NCBI GenBank assembly: GCA_963741955.1
Contig: CAVUKB010000007.1
Location: forward strand, 192,001-256,000
Direction of reading: 5' to 3'
DNA: 64,000 bases
From: an uncultured Acidobacteriota bacterium
GTDB lineage: Bacteria > Acidobacteriota > Thermoanaerobaculia > Gp7-AA8
The notes under the pieces were generated by a model, which searched no databases, was not told where the DNA came from, and saw nothing but the letters and a program-made list of their open reading frames with translations. This document shows, piece by piece, positions 56,931 through 64,000 of the stretch; position 1 is the first letter of the stretch; each line of letters starts with the position of its first letter. Both the position numbers and the translations under genes were made by a program.

Positions 56931-58609
56931 GCGTGGAACGCGACCGCGACCGCGTTTCGCCCACCGAAATAGATGATGTCGCCGTCATCCAGATAATGAC
57001 GATCGATGCGCTGATCGTTCACGAAAGTTCCGTTCGAAGAATTCCGGTCTATCAATAATACTCTGCCCTCGAGCAAGACGACCTCTGCATGAAGCCGTGA
57101 GACCTTCGGGTTTTGCAGGACGATCTCGCAGACGCCCGTCTCTCGGCCGATTCGAATGCCTGAGCCCGCCAGCCCGAGGCGCTCGCCCGCCCGATCACCG
57201 TTGAGAATCGTGAAGCGGCCGAGAAGAGGACGTTCGGTCGCGTGGCCCTCGTCGGTGGAGCGTGGTTCAGGACGGATCAGGAGCTCCGGACCGTTCGCGA
57301 CGACCAGCGGAGGCGCGAAAGAGCTCGCGCTGCGATTGCGGAAGAGGAGAAAAGAGACCCCTGCGATTCCGAGAACGAGCACGACGATGGCGATGCGAGT
57401 CAGGACCAGATGGGCACGCCAGAAGGGAAGGCGTCCGATCGCGTTGTCCGCATCCTGAAGAAATCGGATCAGGTCGGGAGAGTTCGGAAACATGGTGTTG
57501 GCGCGGACCAGATGCTCGCGTGCAGTGATCCAGTCTCCGTCCCACGCGGCGTCGAGGGCCTTCCGATACTCCTTCTGGAATTCTCCCTCGACGTTGAATG
57601 GAATCTTCTTCTTTTCGAGAAGGCTGCGGGCGACGTTGATCGGCACGAGGAACTTGATCTGTTCCGCGTCGGTGTGTCCCCAGGTCGAGATGCCGACGAC
57701 GTCGCCGTTGCGGTCGACCGCCGGCCCCCCCGAGTTGCCCTGATAGATCGCGGCGTTGGTCTGGAAGACCTGCGTGTTCATCACGTCCCGCTTGAACGAG
57801 GTGATGGTCCCCGGATTGAACGTCGCTTCGAGGTCGCTCTCCCGGGAGAGCCACCCTCCGATGACTTCGTCCGTGCTCGACGCGACGGAGGGATACCCGA
57901 TCACCCACACCGGATCCTGAAGCCGGACCGCATCGGAGTCTCCGAGTCTCACGGTGGGGAGCTGCTTTCGATGGATCTCGAGAAGGGCGACGTCGCTTCC
58001 GCGCTCGTTCAGTGGCGGAGTGAAGATCCGTACGGAGAACGGGGCGACGGATCCGTTGGAGAGCTCGACCTGATCGAGGACTGCGACGGTGTCGATGGTG
58101 CCGTGCGAGGCCATGGCGTCGACGTACGGGTCGAGCGAGCCTGCGCGGTAGATGGAGCGGAGAAGATCGATCGGGAAATGTTCGATGAGCGCGGCGATGG
58201 CTCCATTGCGAAGAAGTTCCCGGTCGAGTCTGGGCCGGTTCTCTTTCCGGGTGAGCTCGACGACGTGTCCGCTGGTGAGGATCAGCCCGGAGGGGTGGAT
58301 GATGAAGCCACTTCCGGATCCTCCGGCGCCGGTCTTGACGACGGCTCCTTCCTTCGCCGGTTTCATTGCGGCAGTCGGATAGCCGTCGTCGCGGAGCATC
58401 TTCGCGACTCGTTCGACCGCGGCCGGAGAATAGTGGAACTCGGCGGAGGCGTAGGCGTTGATCCGGACGATGGCCGGCTTCACCTGATAGGCCATCTTCT
58501 GCACTGGTTCGATCGGCGAAGCTTCTTTTCTGCACTGGAGCATTCCGATCACGGCCGCGAGAGCAACGGCGATCAGCAGTGTGCGCGGGAGAAGGGATGG
58601 GGTCGACAT
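56927..58609 (-). CDS. Trypsin-like serine protease + TM + FHA domain
   Basis: N-terminal signal/lipoprotein-like leader; GSGFII, TSGHVV (His), SDVALL (Asp), GNSGGP (Ser); TM IAIVVLVLGIAGVSFLLF; FHA motifs IGRE..VSRLHA..SSNGTFVN. Confidence 0.9.
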   Translation of the reverse strand: MSTPSLLPRTLLIAVALAAVIGMLQCRKEASPIEPVQKMAYQVKPAIVRINAYASAEFHYSPAAVERVAKMLRDDGYPTAAMKPAKEGAVVKTGAGGSGSGFIIHPSGLILTSGHVVELTRKENRPRLDRELLRNGAIAALIEHFPIDLLRSIYRAGSLDPYVDAMASHGTIDTVAVLDQVELSNGSVAPFSVRIFTPPLNERGSDVALLEIHRKQLPTVRLGDSDAVRLQDPVWVIGYPSVASSTDEVIGGWLSRESDLEATFNPGTITSFKRDVMNTQVFQTNAAIYQGNSGGPAVDRNGDVVGISTWGHTDAEQIKFLVPINVARSLLEKKKIPFNVEGEFQKEYRKALDAAWDGDWITAREHLVRANTMFPNSPDLIRFLQDADNAIGRLPFWRAHLVLTRIAIVVLVLGIAGVSFLLFRNRSASSFAPPLVVANGPELLIRPEPRSTDEGHATERPLLGRFTILNGDRAGERLGLAGSGIRIGRETGVCEIVLQNPKVSRLHAEVVLLEGRVLLIDRNSSNGTFVNDQRIDRHYLDDGDIIYFGGRNAVAVAFHA

Positions 58610-58651
58610 GATGGACGGATCAGTGAAACGCCGGCGTACGCCGCGGCTCGG

Positions 58652-59710
58652 CTAGCCTCGTGTTCTCGAGAGAACGTAAATGATGCCGAGGACCGCAACT
58701 GCGAGCCAGATCAGGGAAATCAGTATCCATTTCAGAGCTCCGCCACGAGGCGGAGCTTCCTCCTCGGCAGAGGTGTCGGCGAGGGCTGCGGCCCCACTCA
58801 CCGAAGAAGGGTGTGCGAGAGGGGCGGATTCGGTCCAGGTCGAGTCGGTGCCCTGCGGCTCGTCCTCCGGTTCCGTCGGCGTGACGACATTCGAAGAGCT
58901 GGTGCTCGTCGAGAGCGTCCCTTCCTCTTCCACCCGGGCCACGATCAGTGTGACGTTGTCGGGTGCGCCGCGGTCGAGCGCGCGACGCAGCAGCTCCGCG
59001 GCTGCCTGGTCGATCGCGAGCGCTGCGACTTCCTTCATTTCCTCTTCTTTGACCAGTCCGTGCAGGCCGTCGCTGCAGAGAATGAATGTATCTCCTGGCT
59101 GGACGGAGAACGGATCGTAGACGTCGATCTCGATCTCCGCAGCGACGCCCATGGAGCGCTGCAGGACATTCCTTCTGGGGTGGACTTCCGCTTCCTGCGC
59201 GGTGAGGAGTCCTTCCCGCACCATGGTGGCGACGAGCGAGTGGTCCTGCGTGAGCTGCCGGATCTCGGAATCGCGGACCAGATATACACGTGAGTCGCCG
59301 ACGTGTGCGATGTAGGCGCGATTCTCCTGGACTACGAGAGCGGAGCAGGTGGTGCCCATTCCGCGCAGGTCCGGATTGCGCTGTGCCTCCGCGAAGATCG
59401 CGCCGTTCGCACTCTCGAGCGCTGCGCGGAGCGCGAGTGCGACGTCGGTCGAATCGCTGGCGAGATACTGCCTCTTGATGGTGTCGGCCGCGAGCCGCGA
59501 AGCGGTGGCCCCGCCGCGGTGTCCTCCCATTCCGTCCGCGACCACCATCAGCCGCCCTTTCGTCGGAGTGACTTCATCCTCTCCGCTGAGGATCGCGAAG
59601 TCCTGGTTCTCGGTGCGCACCCGTCCCACGTCGGTCTGCTGCACGGCGCGGACGAGCAGCATCCGCGGTGGAACCGAGGTCGAATCGAACATGGAGGAGT
59701 CGTTGGTCAT
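58652..59710 (-). CDS. PP2C-family Ser/Thr phosphatase (Stp1/PstP-like) with C-terminal TM anchor
   Basis: TDVGRVRTENQD, VADGMGG, MGTT, AHVGDSR, LCSDGL, DNVT; C-terminal TM. Start ATG 59710 inferred. Confidence 0.92.
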   Translation of the reverse strand: MTNDSSMFDSTSVPPRMLLVRAVQQTDVGRVRTENQDFAILSGEDEVTPTKGRLMVVADGMGGHRGGATASRLAADTIKRQYLASDSTDVALALRAALESANGAIFAEAQRNPDLRGMGTTCSALVVQENRAYIAHVGDSRVYLVRDSEIRQLTQDHSLVATMVREGLLTAQEAEVHPRRNVLQRSMGVAAEIEIDVYDPFSVQPGDTFILCSDGLHGLVKEEEMKEVAALAIDQAAAELLRRALDRGAPDNVTLIVARVEEEGTLSTSTSSSNVVTPTEPEDEPQGTDSTWTESAPLAHPSSVSGAAALADTSAEEEAPPRGGALKWILISLIWLAVAVLGIIYVLSRTRG

Positions 59711-60006
59711 CTTTTCGCGATGCCTTTCGAGTCGCCTTGGGCGGGTTGCACTGTTTCGAGAAGATGGACGCCGCAATTATACAAAATATCGGGCTCATGA
59801 CCTCATCGCTTCTCTCCCGGGACCGATTGTCCGGTCACCTCGAGGCCGCCCCGCGGCGATCACGGTTGGTGAAGAGCCCGACCGTGGAGCGACCTCCTTG
59901 CCGATCGGGCGGAGACGTGCGATTCTTCGCGGATGCCACCGATCATGGCCGGACGTCTCTCGAGCCGGTATTCCGGCGCGATATAATCCCGTTTGCAGGG
60001 GCTTGC

Positions 60007-61656
60007 GTGCAGAACCTCCAAGTACACTATTCGGATCTCGGTGTCCCGCGGCTGTTCGAGCTGAAGGATCACCCCACCACCGTGGGACGGACCGAGGGGA
60101 ACGACATCGTCCTCAACCATCCTTCCGTCTCGCGACGCCATGCGCGCTTCGAGCGTCGCGGTGCGGACTGGTGGATCGTCGACCTGAATTCCACGAACGG
60201 AGTGAAGGTCAACGGCTCGATGGTCACCGAGAGTCTGGTGGACGCAGGCGACCACGTGCTGGTCGGGTCGGTCCAGCTCGAACTGCGGGTCGCGCCTTCG
60301 GTCGATTTCTCGGACGAGTCGATGTTCGACAATCCCTCCGGTACGGTGATTCGCCGCATCTCGGACTTCAACTCGGAATTCGGCCTCGACCTCGCGGAGA
60401 TCACCCCGGCTGAAGGCGAGACCGGTCCCGCGCTTCAGGGGGCTCCGACAGTCACCCGGGAGAAGATCTTTTCGGTCCTGGTGCAGGTCGCGAAGACTCT
60501 TCTCCAGTCCGAGGATCTGAACGCCGTCCTGCAGACGGTGATGGACATCATCTTCAAGTACCTCGCGGTCGAGCGAGGTCTGCTGATTCTCTTCGACGAA
60601 GAGGGAGAGCCGGTGCCGAAGCTCACGCGGTTTCGCGAAGGCTCGGACGGGCAGGACATCCCGATCTCGCGAACCATTCTCCGGATGGTCGCGGATCAGC
60701 AGGTGGCGCTCCTCACTTCCAACGCGCTGGAAGACGCGCGGCTTCTCGGCGGGAAGTCGATCGCGATTCACGGCATCCGCTCCGCGATGTGTGTCCCCCT
60801 CTGGAACCGGACCCGCGTGATCGGAGCGGTCCAGGTCGACTCACCGATTCACATCGGGCGTTTCACGGAAGAAGATCTCGACCTCCTCACTGCGCTGGCG
60901 AATTTCGCCGCGGTCGCCATCGAGCGCGCGCAGCTGAACGAACGCATCGACCACGAGAGAAAGATCCGCGGAAAACTGGAGCGCTACCACTCCCCCGGAG
61001 TGATCGAGGAGATCGTTCGCGGAGCGGCCGATGCTGCGGCGAGCGAAGAGATCAAGAGTGCCGAGGTCTCGGTGCTCTTCGCCGACATCTGCGGATTCAC
61101 CACCATTTCGGAAACGAAGAAGCCCGAAGAGGTCTCGGAATTCCTCTCCCACTTCTTCAGCTGCGCGGTGGAGGCGATCTTCGCGAATGGCGGAACGCTG
61201 GACAAGTTCATCGGGGATGCCGTGATGGCGTTCTTCGGGGCTCCGTTGGCGCAGCCCGATCACGCGACGCGCGCGGTCCGCACCGGACTGATGATGCAGC
61301 AGCTGGTCGGGAAGTGGAACGAAGAACGCATCAGCCAGGGTCTTCCGCAGGTCAATATCCGCGTCGGAATCAACTCCGGACCGGCAGTGGTCGGGAACGT
61401 CGGAACCGAGCGGCGCGTCGACTACACGGTCCTGGGGACCTCGGTGAACATCGCCTCGCGTCTGGAGAGCGGCGTGGCAAAACCCGGCGACCTGGTCATC
61501 TCCCAGAACACGTACGAGCAGGTGGGGGAGAAGTTCGATCTCGTTTCACTCGGTGAGTTTCCTCTGAAAGGCTTACAACAGAAGATGCCGGTATACCGTG
61601 TCGGTGGTGAAAAAGACGCCAGCATCGGTCGCCCTTCCGCAAGTCGCGCCTCATGA
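60007..61656 (+). CDS. FHA-GAF-class III adenylate cyclase
   Basis: FHA motifs VGRT..VSRRHA..STNG; GAF IRSAMCVPL..FTEEDL; cyclase VLFADICGFT, DKFIGDA, DYTVLG..VNIASRLE (K and D specify ATP). GTG start at 60007 inferred; TATAAT at ~59982. Confidence 0.9.
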   Translation: MQNLQVHYSDLGVPRLFELKDHPTTVGRTEGNDIVLNHPSVSRRHARFERRGADWWIVDLNSTNGVKVNGSMVTESLVDAGDHVLVGSVQLELRVAPSVDFSDESMFDNPSGTVIRRISDFNSEFGLDLAEITPAEGETGPALQGAPTVTREKIFSVLVQVAKTLLQSEDLNAVLQTVMDIIFKYLAVERGLLILFDEEGEPVPKLTRFREGSDGQDIPISRTILRMVADQQVALLTSNALEDARLLGGKSIAIHGIRSAMCVPLWNRTRVIGAVQVDSPIHIGRFTEEDLDLLTALANFAAVAIERAQLNERIDHERKIRGKLERYHSPGVIEEIVRGAADAAASEEIKSAEVSVLFADICGFTTISETKKPEEVSEFLSHFFSCAVEAIFANGGTLDKFIGDAVMAFFGAPLAQPDHATRAVRTGLMMQQLVGKWNEERISQGLPQVNIRVGINSGPAVVGNVGTERRVDYTVLGTSVNIASRLESGVAKPGDLVISQNTYEQVGEKFDLVSLGEFPLKGLQQKMPVYRVGGEKDASIGRPSASRAS

Positions 61657-62447
61657 AACGCCCTACCGTTCTGACCATCGCGGGGAGTGACTCCGGAGGA
61701 GGCGCCGGAATTCAGGCGGACCTGAAGGTCTTCGCGTCGTTCGCAGTTCACGGCGCCAGCGTGATTGCAGCGGTGACGGCTCAGAACAGCCGCGCGGTCA
61801 CTGCAGCGTTCGTTCTTCCGGACGAGATGGTCGAGGCGCAGATCGACGCGGTGATGTCGGACCTGAATCCGGTGGCGGTGAAGCTGGGGATGCTCGGAAA
61901 CGAGCGGATCGTCCGGCTGGTGGCGAGGAAGCTTCGCGAATGGGCGCCGGCCGCGGTGATTCTGGATCCGGTGATGATTGCCTCGTCGGGAGCGCGACTG
62001 CTGGAGGAGGGGGCGATCGAAGCAATGCGGAGCGAGCTGGTGCCGCTCGCGACGGTCGTCACGCCGAACTGGCCTGAAGCGGGAGAGCTGATCGGCGCGA
62101 CCCTCCGCGGAGCGGAAGATCTCGAGGGCGTCGCACTCGCGATGAAGCGGATCGGTGCGCGTGCGGTTCTCCTGAAGGGAGGCCATCTCGGCGGCGATGA
62201 CGTGGTCGACACTCTCTTCGATGGGGAGACCATGCACTCGTGGAGGCATCCGAGGATTCCCGACGCCGAGGGTCATGGAACAGGCTGTGCACTTGCGTCG
62301 GCTGTCGCTGCCGGTCTCGCGCTCGGCCGGCCGCTTCCCGACGCGTGCCGTGATGCGGTCGATTTCGTCCATCAAGCGCTCCAGAAGCGCTACTCCACAG
62401 GAAGCTCGCGCGAGATCTATCTCGGAATCTTCGGCTGCGAAACCTGA
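61653..62447 (+). CDS. thiD: Hydroxymethylpyrimidine/phosphomethylpyrimidine kinase
   Basis: LTIAGSDSGGGAGIQADLK, VKLGML, DPVM, TPNWPEA, LLKGGH, HGTGC. Confidence 0.95.
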   Translation: MKRPTVLTIAGSDSGGGAGIQADLKVFASFAVHGASVIAAVTAQNSRAVTAAFVLPDEMVEAQIDAVMSDLNPVAVKLGMLGNERIVRLVARKLREWAPAAVILDPVMIASSGARLLEEGAIEAMRSELVPLATVVTPNWPEAGELIGATLRGAEDLEGVALAMKRIGARAVLLKGGHLGGDDVVDTLFDGETMHSWRHPRIPDAEGHGTGCALASAVAAGLALGRPLPDACRDAVDFVHQALQKRYSTGSSREIYLGIFGCET

Positions 62448-62487
62448 GCGCTCCCGGTTCGTCCCTTTGAAGGAGACTCGGCTTCGG

Positions 62488-63087
62488 ATGATGCAGCGCG
62501 ATTCACTCCTTCGAACGGTCCTTCAACCGATGATCATCGCGATCTTCCTCGCGGTGCTGGTGCGTCTCGTCCTTTTCCAGGCCTTCTCCATCCCCAGTGG
62601 ATCGATGTCTCCGACGCTGGAGAGTGGGGACACGATTCTCGTCGCCCGATACGCGCTCCTTCCCCATCACGCTCCTGCACGAGGAGACGTGGTCGTGTTC
62701 CACTCGGTTGCCGGTGCGGACCGGTATCTCGTCAAACGTATCGTCGGATTGCCGGGTGATTACGTCGAAGGGGTGGACGGACGGATCCGGATCAACGGTA
62801 CGACGCTGGCAGAGCCGTATCTCCCTGCAGGTGAGTCGACGGCTGCGTTTCCACCGGAGATCGTTCCGGGCGGTCACTACTTCGTCCTGGGCGACAACCG
62901 GAGCAATTCGCTCGACAGTCGCAAGTGGGGCTTCGTTCCGGACCGGAAGATCGTAGGGAAGGCCCTTCTGGTCTTCTGGTCGACGGCGGCCGATTCCGGA
63001 TCGCCGGCCGCGAGCGCATCGGTCGCGGTGGAGAAGCCGCGCGAGCCTCACTCGCGATGGTTCCGGATTTTGCGGCTGATCCGCTGA
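62488..63087 (+). CDS. lepB: Signal peptidase I
   Basis: IPSGSMSPTL (Ser), YLVKRIVGLPGD (Lys), GDNRSNSLDSR. Confidence 0.92.
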   Translation: MMQRDSLLRTVLQPMIIAIFLAVLVRLVLFQAFSIPSGSMSPTLESGDTILVARYALLPHHAPARGDVVVFHSVAGADRYLVKRIVGLPGDYVEGVDGRIRINGTTLAEPYLPAGESTAAFPPEIVPGGHYFVLGDNRSNSLDSRKWGFVPDRKIVGKALLVFWSTAADSGSPAASASVAVEKPREPHSRWFRILRLIR

Positions 63088-63244
63088 CGGAGTGGTGCTC
63101 CGGAGTACGATTCATGGAATCGAGCCGCCCCGGGCGCAACTCGCGCCTTGAACTTCGCTCGTGGTTGCCTTACTCTCAACTGCGGTACGAGCTCGGGTGT
63201 GCGAATACCGCCGCCGAATCCAGCGCTCCAGTGGAGATCCGTCA

Positions 63245-63610
63245 ATGCTCAGTCGTCACTCGCAACGAGGTGAAGGCAAACTCGGTTGCATCATCGGGCT
63301 GATTCTGCTCGTCGGTGCGGTCTACGTCGCCTACAAGCTGGTCCCGGTCAAACTCAAGGCGGCGGATATGCGCCAGACCATCACCGATGAAGCGCGATCC
63401 GCAGGCTCGAGCCAGGACAAAGCGATCCGGAAACGGATTCTGGAGCGAGCGAACGAGCTCGGGCTGCCACTCGCCAGTGAAGATCTGAAGATCACCCGGG
63501 GCAACCAGCAGATCACCATCGAAGCGGATTACACCGTTCCGGTCGCGTTTCCCGGCGGCTACGTCTACCAGTGGCATTTCCATCACGAAGCAGACAATCC
63601 GATCTTCTGA
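63245..63610 (+). CDS. DUF4845-like / pilin-like single-TM protein
   Basis: SQRGEGKLGCIIGLILL leader plus TM; IEADYTVPV; adjacent to lepB. Confidence 0.65.
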   Translation: MLSRHSQRGEGKLGCIIGLILLVGAVYVAYKLVPVKLKAADMRQTITDEARSAGSSQDKAIRKRILERANELGLPLASEDLKITRGNQQITIEADYTVPVAFPGGYVYQWHFHHEADNPIF

Positions 63611-63612
63611 CG

Positions 63613-64000
63613 ATGAACCGGGCCCGCCTCACGATCTCGGACGTGCACAAGCGTACTGGGATCCCGGTCACCACGCTTCGTTTCTACGAAAAGGAACTGC
63701 CGGATTTCTTCACCGTGGAGAAGACCTCCGGGGGGCACCGTCGCTACACCGACGAGAGCGTTCATCAGTTCCTGATGATCAAGAAGATGGTCGAGTCGGA
63801 CGGGATCCGGCTCAGCCAGATCCGAGAGAAATTCAATTCGCACAAGGACGGCGAGTTGCGCGGTCAGGTGGACGTGCTTCTGGCCGTGTACGAGACGTTG
63901 ACCGGAGAGATCGAACGTCTTCGGGTGCGGATCGAGTCGCTGGAAATGGCGATGGCGGCGTTGAAGAAGACCGTTCACGAAGCGACATCGCCGGATTCGA
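63613..64000 (+). CDS. MerR-family transcriptional regulator (truncated by window end)
   Basis: Not in the ORF track. ATG 63613 gives MNRARLTISDVHKRTGIPVTTLRFYEKE..TSGGHRRYT, followed by a coiled coil. Confidence 0.85.
   Translation, partial: MNRARLTISDVHKRTGIPVTTLRFYEKELPDFFTVEKTSGGHRRYTDESVHQFLMIKKMVESDGIRLSQIREKFNSHKDGELRGQVDVLLAVYETLTGEIERLRVRIESLEMAMAALKKTVHEATSPDS

Noticed and set aside
52114-61656. Type VI secretion or TerY-P defence locus
   Set aside because: No Tss core genes, VgrG/Hcp or vWA-domain gene lie near the kinase/PP2C/FHA genes in this window.

Overview
High-GC bacterial chromosomal segment, most plausibly Acidobacteriota and Thermoanaerobaculia-like. This is inferred from gene content (Hanks kinases, a kinase-PD40 protein, a GANGSxWxTDL secreted protein, glyQ-glyS-ppdK synteny), not from a database search. 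From left to right it holds a ClC-CBS antiporter, a 3024-aa DUF11-repeat surface protein with an IPTL-CTERM-like tail, DUF4142/DUF2254/DUF1697 genes and an S9 peptidase. Next is a membrane Ser/Thr kinase gene sandwiched between two 5-unit tandem arrays of a 185-bp palindromic REP-doublet element. An accessory stretch (about 22.4-38.4 kb) follows, with integron-cassette-like genes, a small MITE, four copies of a 225-bp terminal-inverted-repeat element, an ABC exporter and a frameshifted kinase-propeller gene. The housekeeping block contains ppdK, glyS, glyQ and a yitJ-type methionine gene preceded by a SAM-II-like riboswitch plus terminator. A phosphothreonine-signalling cluster comes next: PP2C, trypsin-TM-FHA, Zn-ribbon-FHA, kinase-FHA, TM kinase, TPR protein and class A PBP, with a divergent FHA-GAF-adenylate cyclase. 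The window ends with thiD, lepB and a MerR regulator cut by the edge. No rRNA, tRNA, CRISPR array, integrase or transposase was recognised. The best candidates for undescribed systems are the REP-doublet arrays bracketing a kinase and the FHA/protease/kinase/PBP cluster. All calls come from reading motifs by eye; no searches were run.
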